A DNA stretch of 63,762 nt, filler included, from Chiloscyllium plagiosum (Eukaryota), in the NCBI RefSeq assembly GCF_004010195.1. It is 3 parts of one record of this genome, joined end to end, with 100 filler letters (N's around TTAATTAATTAA, not from the genome) between each part and the next. Parts side by side here need not be neighbours in the genome. Positions count along the whole stretch, not along the records: positions 1 to 27,957 come from NC_057716.1; positions 28,058 to 58,468 come from NC_057716.1; 1 more part is not named here. One strand, 5' to 3'. The notes under the pieces were generated by a model. That model did not search any database, had not been told where the DNA came from, and saw only the letters and a list, made by a program, of their open reading frames with translations. Both the position numbers and the translations under genes were made by a program. Positions 27,223-37,768 of this stretch are shown one piece after another (the stretch's first letter is position 1; every line of letters starts with the position of its first letter).

Positions 27223-27670
27223 ACATACCTTCAGCAACCTCGGTCATACACAGATAACAAACACTCCATAGTGGGAGTAGGCGCTGAAGGTGCAGCTAAT
27301 GATGTGCAGCAGTGCTAAATATGGTCCTTAGTGAAGATAGACGTAAAAATTATTTATTGTCTTTTGTGTACTCAGTTTTAACCTGAAAATTCACGCATTT
27401 GCTTACAATTAATTTAACCCATCCAATCTTTGGAACTGCTTTAGGTAAAAGATAAACTTGAGAATTAAAACTTGTGAAAACATCAAGAATATGTCTGTCA
27501 GGAAAACATATTACAATGCATTAGAAAGTATGTACAGCACTGAAATTGGTGAGTCAACAGCTCCCTAAATAGTTTATATTTCACTTCAACACCCTCTCAC
27601 TCTTGTTCATTTAATTCTGTCAATATGCATCAATACCATTCCTTTCTCTCTCATGTGCTTGTGTAGTATT

Positions 27671-27957
27671 AAGGACTGCAGATGCTGGAAGCCAGAGTTT
27701 AGATTATAGTGGTGCTGGAAAAGCACAGCAGGTCAGGCAGCATCCGAGGAGCAGGAAAATCAACGTTTCGGGCAAAAGCCCTTCATCAGGAATGGTGGCA
27801 CGGAGCCTCCAGGGTGGAGAGATTAATGGGGAGTGTGTGGGGGAGTGGGGGTGGGGGAGGGGGGGAAAGAGAGAGAAGGTAGCAAAGAGTACAATAGGTG
27901 AATGGGGGTGGGGATGGAGGGGATAGGTCAGAGAGGAGGGTGGAGCGGATAGATGGG
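27671..27957 (-). mobile_element. Penelope-like element terminal repeat and UTR, cut by the spacer
   Basis: Minus strand ATTC-CTGATGA-A-GGGC-TTTT-GCCC-GAAACGTT at 27762-27793. Confidence 0.82.
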
Positions 27958-28057
27958 NNNNNNNNNNNNNNNNNNNNNNNNNNNNNNNNNNNNNNNNNNN
28001 NTTAATTAATTAANNNNNNNNNNNNNNNNNNNNNNNNNNNNNNNNNNNNNNNNNNNN
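27958..28057. other. Artificial contig-joining spacer
   Basis: 44 N + TTAATTAATTAA (stops in all six frames) + 44 N = 100 nt; identical structure at 58469-58568. Confidence 0.92.
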
Positions 28058-29532
28058 TCACAATGCACTCCAATTCATATATCACATTGTATTCCATATC
28101 ATACTTCACAATGCACTCCAATTCATATATCACATTGTATTCCATATCATACATCACAATGTACTCCAAATCATATATCAAACTGTGTTCGAAATCATAT
28201 ATCACAATGTATTGCATATCATACATCACAATGCACTCCAAATCATATACCACAATGTATTCCATATCATATATCACACTGCATTCCAAACCATATGTCA
28301 CAATGCACTCCAAATCATATATCACACGGTGTTCAAGATCATATATCACAGTGCTCTCCAAATCATATATCACATTGTATTCCATATCATACATCACAGT
28401 GCACTCCAAATCATATATCACACTGCACTCCAAAACATATATCACAATACACTCAAAACATATATCACACTGTGTTCCAAATCATATCTTACAATGCACT
28501 CCAAATCATATATCACATTGTATTCCATATCATACATCACAATGCACTCCAAATCATATATCACAATTCACCCCAAATCATATATCACATTGCATTCCAA
28601 ATCATACATCACACTGCATTCCAAACTCATATATCACATTGCATTCCAAATCATACATCACACTGCATTCCAAACCATATATAGCAATGCACACCAAATC
28701 ATTTATCACAATGTATTCCATATCATATATCACAATGCACTCCAAATCATATATCACAATGCACTTCAAAACATATATCACATTGCACTCCAAATGATAT
28801 ATCACAATGCACTTGAAATCATATATCACACTGTATTCCATATCATACATCACAATGCACTCCAAAACATATATCACACTGTGTTCCAAATCACATATCA
28901 CAATGCACTGCAAACCATATATCACACTGCGCTCCAAATCATATGTCACATTGTATTCCATATGATACATCACAATGCAATGCAAATTATATATCACAAT
29001 CTATTCCATATCATACATCACATATCACAAATCCTATGTTCTATATCATAAATCACAATGCACTCCAAATCATATATCACATTGCATTCCATATCATACA
29101 TCACAATGTACTCCAAATCATATATCACAATGCACTCCAAATCATATATCACATTGCATTCCAAATCATACATCACAATACACTCCATAACATATATCAA
29201 ACTGTGTTCCAAATCATATCTTACAATGCACTCCAAATCATATATCACAATGTATTACATATTATACATCACAATGCACTTCATATCATATACCACATTT
29301 CAATCCAAATCATATGTCAAACTGTGTTCGAAATCATATATCACAATGCACTCCAAATCATATGTCAAACTGTGATCGAAATCATATATCACAATGGATT
29401 CCATATCATCCATCACAATGCACTCCATATCATATACCATATTTCAATCCAAATCATATATCACAATGCATTGTATATCATATAACACAGTGCACTCCAA
29501 ATCATATCTCACAATGTATTACATATCATACA
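28058..29532. repeat. 24-bp tandem satellite, consensus near ATCACAATGCACTCCAAATCATAT
   Basis: About 60 diverged units; 8-residue periodicity (YITMHSKS) in the ORF track. Confidence 0.95.
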
Positions 29533-31262
29533 ATAGACAATAGGTGCAGGGGTCGGCCATTCTGCCCTTCGAGCCTGCACCACCATTCATTATGATCATG
29601 GCTGATCATCCTCAGTCAGTATCCTGTTCCTGCCTTATCCCCATAACCCTTGATTCCACTATCTTTGAGAGCTCTATCCAACTCTTTCTTAAATGAATCC
29701 AGATACTTGGCCTCCACTGCCCTCTGGGGCAGAGCATTCCACACAGCCACCACTCTCTGGGTGAAGACGTTTCTCCTCATCTCTGTCCTAAATGGTCTAC
29801 CCCTTATTTTTAAGCTGTGTCCTCTGGTTCGGCACTCACCCATCAGCGGAAACATGTTTCCTGCCTCCAGAGTGTCCANNNNNNNNNNNNNNNNNNNNNN
29901 NNNNNNNNNNNNNNNNNNNNNNNNNNNNNNNNNNNNNNNNNNNNNNNNNNNNNNNNNNNNNNNNNNNNNNNNNNNNNNNNNNNNNNNNNNNNNNNNNNNN
30001 NNNNNNNNNNNNNNNNNNNNNNNNNNNNNNNNNNNNNNNNNNNNNNNNNNNNNNNNNNNNNNNNNNNNNNNNNNNNNNNNNNNNNNNNNNNNNNNNNNNN
30101 NNNNNNNNNNNNNNNNNNNNNNNNNNNNNNNNNNNNNNNNNNNNNNNNNNNNNNNNNNNNNNNNNNNNNNNNNNNNNNNNNNNNNNNNNNNNNNNNNNNN
30201 NNNNNNNNNNNNNNNNNNNNNNNNNNNNNNNNNNNNNNNNNNNNNNNNNNNNNNNNNNNNNNNNNNNNNNNNNNNNNNNNNNNNNNNNNNNNNNNNNNNN
30301 NNNNNNNNNNNNNNNNNNNNNNNNNNNNNNNNNNNNNNNNNNNNNNNNNNNNNNNNNNNNNNNNNNNNNNNNNNNNNNNNNNNNNNNNNNNNNNNNNNNN
30401 NNNNNNNNNNNNNNNNNNNNNNNNNNNNNNNNNNNNNNNNNNNNNNNNNNNNNNNNNNNNNNNNNNNNNNNNNNNNNNNNNNNNNNNNNNNNNNNNNNNN
30501 NNNNNNNNNNNNNNNNNNNNNNNNNNNNNNNNNNNNNNNNNNNNNNNNNNNNNNNNNNNNNNNNNNNNNNNNNNNNNNNNNNNNNNNNNNNNNNNNNNNN
30601 NNNNNNNNNNNNNNNNNNNNNNNNNNNNNNNNNNNNNNNNNNNNNNNNNNNNNNNNNNNNNNNNNNNNNNNNNNNNNNNNNNNNNNNNNNNNNNNNNNNN
30701 NNNNNNNNNNNNNNNNNNNNNNNNNNNNNNNNNNNNNNNNNNNNNNNNNNNNNNNNNNNNNGAGCCACCTCCTTCAGTACCCTGGGATGTAGACCATCAG
30801 GCCCCGGGGACTTATCAACCTTCAGACCTAACAGTCTCTCCAACACCAATTCCTGGCAAATATAAATTCCCTTCAGATCATCCATTACCCTCGGTCCTTT
30901 AGCCACTATTATATCTGGGAGATTGCTTGGGTCTTCCCCAGTGAAGACAGATCCAAAGTACCTATTCAACTCTCTGCCATTTCCTTGTTCCCCATAATAA
31001 ATGCACCCGTTCTTGTCTTCAAGGACCCAATTTTAGTCTTAACAATTTATTTCCTTTCACATACCTTTTTAAAAAAAACAGCTTTTACTATCCTCCTTTA
31101 TATTTTTGGCCAGTTTGCCTTCGTACCTCATTTTTTTCTCTGCGTATTGCCTTTTTGGAGATCCTCTGTTGCTCTTTAAACGTTTCCCAATCCTCTGGCT
31201 TCCCGCTCATCTTTGCTATTTTATACTTCTCTTTTATCTTTATACAGTTCCCATCAGCCTGG
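29533..31262 (-). mobile_element. CR1 LINE inserted in the satellite, spanning an 883-N gap (29879-30761)
   Basis: 3' UTR and RTRGHSLKIRG...WNALP left of the gap; NRYFGSVFT...KSPGPDGLHPRVLKE right of it. Confidence 0.85.
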
Positions 31263-31265
31263 GGA

Positions 31266-31726
31266 ATACATCACAATGCACTCCTTATCAAATATCACAA
31301 TGTATTCCATAGCATATATCACAATGTATTCTATATCATACATCACAATGCGCTCCCTATCATAAAGCACAATTCACTCCAAATTTTATATCACAATGTA
31401 TTCTGTGCCATATATCGCAATGCATTCTGTATCATATATCACAATGCACACCAAATCATATATCAGAATGTATTCTATATCACACATCAAAGTGCACTCC
31501 AAATCATATATCACATAGCACTCTAAATCATACATCACAATGCACTCCATATCATATATCACAATGCATTCTATATCATATATCACAATGCACCCCAAAT
31601 CATATATCACAATGTATTCCATATCATACATCACAATGCAATCCATATCATTTATCACAATGCACCACATATCTTATATCACGCTGTGTTCCAAATCATA
31701 TATCTCAATGCTCTTCAAATCATATT
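31266..31726. repeat. Continuation of the 24-bp satellite
   Basis: Same unit (atcacaatgcactccatatcatat), more diverged next to the CR1. Confidence 0.9.
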
Positions 31727-31730
31727 CCGG

Positions 31731-32030
31731 AGTATAGTGGTGCTGGAAGAGCACAGCAGTTCAGGCAGCATCCGAGGAGCAGGAAAATCGATGTTTCAGG
31801 CAAAAGCCCTTCATCAGGAATACAGACAGAGAGCCTCAAGGGTGGAGAGATAAGTGAAAGGAGGGTGGGGGTGGGGAGAAAGTAGCATAGAGTACAATAG
31901 GTGAATGGGGGTGGGGATGGAGGGGATAGGTCAGAGAGGAGGGTGGAGCGGATAGATGGGAAGGAAGATTGGCAGGTAGAACAGGTCATGAGGACAGTGC
32001 TGAGCTGGAAGTTGGAACTGGGGTAAGGTA
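31731..32030 (-). mobile_element. Penelope-like element terminal repeat and UTR
   Basis: Near-identical blocks to 27671-27957; hammerhead motif at 31790-31817. Confidence 0.8.
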
Positions 32031-32169
32031 GCTAGCATTAATGCCACTCACCTTAACAACTGCCTCTGGTTGTGAACACCTATTCTGACCACTCTTCATA
32101 AATACATTTCTTCTGAATTTCCAATTGGAATTATTAATGACTGGACATACTGATGCATGCTTATAACAC

Positions 32170-32662
32170 TAGAGATGGTGTAGATGAGATTTAACAGGAT
32201 GGTGTCTGGGCTAGAGAGTTTCAGCTATGAGATTGGACAAACTGGGAATGTTTTGCTTGCAGCAGAAGGGAATGAGGTGGGGGTGAGGGTGCACATACTG
32301 AGATGTAGAAAATTATGAGGTTCATAGATAGTGTAAACAGGAAGAAACATTTCCCCTTGGTGGAAGGAATCAATGACTCGGGATCACAGATTACGGTGAG
32401 TGAGAGAAGGTTTACATCGGGTGTGAAGGAAAACTTAATTCACTCAGAGGGTAGTAGGAATCTGGAACTTATTGCCTGTAAGGGTAGTAGGAGCAGAAAC
32501 TCTCATATATTTAAGAAGAATTTAGATGTTCACTTGCAATGCCAATGCATACAAGGTTATGGGCTGGAAAATGGGATTAGAGTAGTTGGGTGGTTGTTTT
32601 TGACTGGTGCAGATGAGATGGCTGAAGGGCTTTTGTCTGTGCTGTAGATCTCGATGACTCCT
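32170..32662 (+). mobile_element. Old CR1 3' fragment
   Basis: ORF remnant MRFIDSVNRKKHFPLVEG followed by a CR1 tail. Confidence 0.65.
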
Positions 32663-34957
32663 AAAGGGTCAGGTGGTGCAATGTTACTGTCAATACACCT
32701 GGTTTCAAATCCTACTTATCCTGGGGTTCCATAACAGGTCGATAAAAAAATGTATTTGTTTCTTGCGGTAAGTTTCAATCTCACCTGGAAGTGAAAACAT
32801 ATCTTTCATTTTCACTCATGGCAATATAAGTTAGGCCAGCATTTATTGCACATTCCTAATTGCCCTAGGGAAAGTAGTTCTTTCTTCTTGAACTGCTGCA
32901 GTCCACGTCATGCGTGTAGACCCACAGTGCTTCTGGGAACACATCCCAGGACTTTTACCAAATAACACTGAACGAACAGCAATATATTTCCAAATCAGGA
33001 TGGTGAGAGACTTAGAAGAGAACTTGGTATTCCCATGAATCTACTGCCCATATTCTACATTGTACAGGGTACAGATTCGATAGGAGATTTGGTAAGTTTC
33101 TGCAGTACATCTTGGACATGATATACACAACTACTACAGTGCATCAATAGTGACAGAATTGAAGGTTGAAGGTTGTGCTTTTATCCTGGATGGTGTCAAA
33201 CTTCTTGAATATTGTTGAAGCCACCGAAGCAAGTAGAGAGTATTTCATCACATCTTTGACCTGTACCTTGTAGATGTTGGACTGGAGGTGCCTCACTTGC
33301 CACAGAACGTTTACGCCTCTGATTGGCTGTTGTGGACACAGTATTTAAATGAGTGGTCCAGTTCAGTCATGGTCATTGATAGTGGGGTATTTAGTGATGG
33401 TAATACCATTGAATTTCAAGGGGCAATGGTTAGATTCTCTCCCACTTGGAACAATCTCAAATCTTTCTTAAAATAAAACTGGTGATGCTGAAAATCTGAA
33501 ACAAAAACATAAAACTGCTGGAGAAACTCAGCAGGTCTGAAAAATGGTGGTTGACATCATCAAAACGTCAACTCTGTTTCTCTTTCCACAGATGCTGCCA
33601 GACCTGCTGAGTTTCTCCAGCAATTTCAGTTCTTGTTGCAAATGTTACTTGCCACTTTTCAACTAAGTTTGCAGATGACATAAAGATAGGTTGAGAGGCA
33701 GGTCGCGTTGAGGAAATGGGGAGGCAGCAAAAAAACTTGGACTGGTTAGGAGAGTGGGAAAAGAAGTCGCAGATGAAATGCAATGTTGAAAAGTGTGAGG
33801 TTATGCACTTGGGTAAGAAAAATAGAGGCACAGACGACTTTCTAAATGGGGAATAGTTGGGAAATCTGAAGCACACAGGAGTCCTAGTTCAGGATTCTCT
33901 TAAGGTTTACATGCAGGTTCAGTTAGCAGTTAGGAAGGCAAAAGCAATGTTAGCATTCATTTCAAGAATCGAGAGTGCAGTGCTGGAAAAGCACAGCAGG
34001 TCAGGCAGCATCCAAGAAGCAGGAGAATTGACATTTTGAATAACTGAACAAATATTTCAAAATGTCACCTTCCTTTTTTCTATTGTTTATTCCCATAGTG
34101 AGTATAACACACACTGTAAGACTGAAAAGGTCATGGCAGAAAGACAGCTATTCTTTTCAGTCAAAAGGTCGGTTGAAGGTCACTGCACCTTAATTGCACA
34201 TCTGAGTGTTTTTTAAATACAGTGAGGGGTTCTGCCTCTACCATCCTTTCAGATAGAGAGTTTCAGTGCCCAAAATCACCCGCAGGGTGAAAATATTACC
34301 CCTGAAACTGCCCACCTCTTCCTAAATCAATACTCCTGGCTAACCAATCTCTCTAGACCCTTATAGTTTTATACACCTCAATTAAATCTCCTCTAGACAT
34401 CCTTTATGCCAAACAAAACAAGGCCAACCTATTCAATCCTTCCTCATTGCTAAAATTCTCCATTCTTACTTACAACCTTAAAACACTCTGAAACCTCGCA
34501 AAGGTGATCACATACGTCTTGTATGTCAAGAACTTAAACTATACAATATTTTATCTTCCCTCCATCTAAAATTTTATCGTATTTTAGTGCAACCTCTTTG
34601 CAGTGATATTCTGTGCCTTAGACACCTCCGAGTCCTGGGCCGAAAGCCTGGTAGAATTCCAGTCGCTCATTGTAAGTGCTCTTTACATAGCTGTAAGTTT
34701 AATCAGTGGGGGAACCTAGTTACAGACAAGCTAGAGCCAGGGATTAAGAAGGGATGGATATTTGGCTGGCATCAAGTCGCCAATTGGACTGTGAAATGGC
34801 TATTAGTTATTGATGTCAAAAGCCACCTGCCTGCCACCAACCATATGACTGGCTTCTCAGATAACTAGACAGCTTAGGAGTGTGAAAGTTACTGATCTAA
34901 CCAATCAGAACTGTGGAAGGGAATGAGCTTTTTTTTGTCTGCAGTTGAAAGCCAATA

Positions 34958-35168
34958 TTAGAGTGGTGCTGAAAAAGCACAGCAGGGCAGGCAGCATCCG
35001 AGGAGCAGGAAAATCGATGTTTCGGCAGAAGCCCTTCTTCAGGAATCAGGGCTCCTGACCGAAATGTCGATTTTCCTGCTCCTTGGATGCTGTCTGACCT
35101 GCGTGCTTTTCCAGCACCACTCTAATTTTGACTCGGATCTCCAGCATCTGCAGTCCTCACTTTCACCT
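34958..35168. mobile_element. Foldback Penelope terminal-repeat element
   Basis: Inverted arms agagtggtgctgaaaaagcac... / ...gtgcttttccagcaccactct around 35050. Confidence 0.78.
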
Positions 35169-35815
35169 GAATGTAGCCAGTTTACTTCCTCTTGCAGGAG
35201 CGTAAGCTGAGGAGGGCTTTGATCAGTTACTGAAAGACATAATGTGAACCAGCCGCCCTAAACTTCCTCCTGCAACAAGTGAAAGCTGCTTAGAGAAGGA
35301 AGATCAAGGAGCAGTGTCCTGACATGCCAAAAAGGTCATCTCAATGAACCCTGGGGGACAGGGACCCTTGACCTACCTTTCCAGTCTTCCCAAAACGCCC
35401 ATGTTTTTTCCTGTCTGTGTCTGCCTGTTTGTGTTTCTGGGGCAGGGGTGCTGACAACAGGGTTAGAGTTTTAACTCGAAAAATTACATATCAATGGTTT
35501 ATAGTTGTTTATCTGTAGTTAGAATCTATTTATTTGTAATAGTCATTTAATTGATTAGAACACCTGGTCTGTGTTTACAATCAACCAAGGTATGAACAGA
35601 GATAAAATTGGGAAATTCTACGTGCTTTTTAAAATCTTTAACTTTTGTGACAACTTCAGAAATAGAGGGGTTAGTTTCTAGTATGCTGTCTCACTGAGGC
35701 ATAACACACCATGAGACATAGTTATAGGAATTAGACCGTTTGGCCCATTGAGTATGTTCCACCATTTGATCATGGCTGACATGTTTTTCTCCTGTCTTCT
35801 CCCCATAACACTTAG

Positions 35816-36040
35816 AGGAGAAAGTGAGGTCTGCAGATGCTGGAGATCAAAGTTGAAACTTTATTGCTGGAACAGCACAGCAGGTCAGGCAGCATCCAGG
35901 GAACAGGAGATTCGACGTTTCGGGCACAGGCCCTTCTTCAGGAATGATTCCTGAAGAAGGGCCTGTGCCCGAAACGTCGAATCTCCTGTTCCCTGGATGC
36001 TGCCTGACCTGCTGTGCTGTTCCAGCAATAAAGTTTCAAC
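35816..36040. mobile_element. Young foldback Penelope terminal-repeat element with a perfect 94-bp inverted repeat
   Basis: Arms 35852-35945 and 35947-36040 are exact reverse complements with a 1-nt spacer; direct repeat cccataacacttag at 35802-35815 and 36041-36054. Confidence 0.92.
35947..35982 (+). ncRNA. Minimal type-I hammerhead ribozyme motif; mirror copy on the minus strand at 35910-35945
   Basis: ATTC-CTGAAGA-A-GGGC-CTGT-GCCC-GAAACGTC-GAAT: stem I AUUC/GAAU, core CUGANGA and GAAA, stem II GGGC/GCCC, predicted cleavage after GUC (35978). Confidence 0.75.
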
Positions 36041-36892
36041 CCCATAACACTTAGTCAAGAACCCATCTATCTCTGTCTTAAAGACACTCAAAGACTTGGC
36101 TCCACAGCCCTCTGCAGCAATGAGTTCCACAGATGCACCACCCTCTGGATGAAGAAATTCCTTCTCATCTCAATTTTAAATGGTTGTCCCTTCTCTCTAA
36201 GGCTGTGCTCCTGGATCCTAGTCTTTTCAACTAGTGAAAACATCCTCCCTTCCCACATCCACTCTATCCAGGCCTCTCAGTATTCCGTAAGTTTCAATCA
36301 GATCCTCCCTCATCCCTCTAAACTCCATCAAGTGCAGACCCAGGGTCCTCAGCGGCTCCTCATATGACAAGCCCTTCTTTCCCAGGATCATTCTTGTGAA
36401 CTTCCTCCGACCCCCTCCAAAGCCAGCTCGAGGCAGGACCTAAAACTGCTCAAAGTATTCCAAATGCAGTCTGACCAGAGCCTTATACAGCCTCAGCAGT
36501 ACATCCCGTTTCTTGTATTCTAGCCCTCTTGAAATGAATTAGGAGAAAGTGAGGACTGCAGATGCTGGAGATCAGAGTCGAGAGTGTAGTGCTGGAAAAG
36601 CACAGCAGGTCAGGCAGCATCCGAGGAGTAGGAGAATCAGTGGCCATCTTTTTTTGCCAATCCCTAAATGCCTTTGAACTGAATGTCTACCTTGACCATT
36701 CCAGAGAGCCTCTGCCACTCACATTCCATGAAAGAATAAGAAGCTTGTCAGAATTAGAAAAATGACCAGAAAACATTGAACAAATCTGCAAGCAAAGTAT
36801 ATATTTTTAAAAAAACTATTTGTTTTCTTTTTCCTGTGAAATATTCTATTGTTTGGTAGTACAATCGTTGAGAATTGTTGAAAAAAGATATG

Positions 36893-37105
36893 ATTTGGAG
36901 ATGCCGGTGTTCACTGGGGTGTACAAAGTTAAAAATCACATAACACCAGATTATAGTCCAACAAGTTTATTTGGAAGCATTAGCTTTCAGACCGCTGGTC
37001 CTTCATGAGTAGACAACCACTTGATGAAAGAGGACTATTCAAAAAGCTAGTGCTTCCAATTAAACATGTTGGACTATAACCCGGCGTTGTGTGATTTTTT
37101 TCAAC
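36893..37105. mobile_element. Second-family foldback Penelope-type element, degenerate
   Basis: Homologous to 60376-60590; inverted arms aaaaatcacataacaccag... / ...ttgtgtgatttttt. Confidence 0.7.
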
Positions 37106-37555
37106 TGAATAAAGATATATTGCCAAAGTCTTTTGTCTTGCATTCAGCAAGACAGGTGGAAAAATACCAAATTTCAAACCAGACAATTCATGTTGCTTAA
37201 GAAAAGGATGTTGGTTGGTTGACACACTGCCATGGAGGGTGTACCAGGGAACACTTATCGGTCAAGCTACTGTTTAATTGAAAAGGTACAACGCCTGGAT
37301 AACTTGCTGAAAGTCACTCAGTGCCTCATCAAAACATCTAGCTGCCTGAAGGAAGGAGAGCCAGCGTCCTGACCTTGATGCCAATCTTTCACAACCCACC
37401 TTACCAATCTCATCCTCACTCACCTTCACCTGAGTCAGCTGACAAATCTGGACCAGTCCCTGGAAGCAATGCTGGCAGCTGCCAGTGCTCCTACTAATGC
37501 TGACTGCCAATGGAGAGAGTTGTTGGCCTCTGTTTGGCTAGCAATATTTATTGAG

Positions 37556-37768
37556 TAAAAAAAACACACAGCACCAGGCTATAGTCCAACAGGTTTATTT
37601 GAAAATCTTTCAGAGCGCTGCTCCTTCGTCAGGTGGCTAGCAGAGCAGGATAATTGTATTAAAAGATTTGAAAGCTTGTATTTTCAAATAAACCTGTTGG
37701 ATTATAACCTGGGTGTTGTGTGATTTTTAATTTTGGCCATCCCAGTCCAACACCGGCACTTCCACATC
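37556..37768. mobile_element. Second-family foldback Penelope-type element
   Basis: Homologous to 60376-60590 in the opposite orientation; atttattgag on both flanks. Confidence 0.7.

Larger units (their letters stand above)
35705..36540 (-). mobile_element. CR1 3' fragment hosting the 35816-36040 hairpin insertion
   Basis: CR1 3' UTR and ORF2 C-terminal remnants on both sides of the insertion. Confidence 0.75.

Noticed and set aside
28002..29595. Long ORFs (up to 288 aa) on both strands
   Set aside because: They are translations of the 24-bp satellite, open because the unit is a multiple of 3 with few stops; no evidence of a protein.
29650..30969. ORFs of 357-380 aa
   Set aside because: Mostly X residues from the 883-N gap, flanked by CR1 sequence.
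28058..31726. Possible CRISPR-like array
   Set aside because: Units are contiguous with no unique spacers, there are no cas genes, and the context is a eukaryotic genome.
34600..35706. Possible solo LTR ending in ...cataaca; similar impression at about 38750-39290
   Set aside because: No clear TG start, target duplication, second LTR or internal coding sequence.
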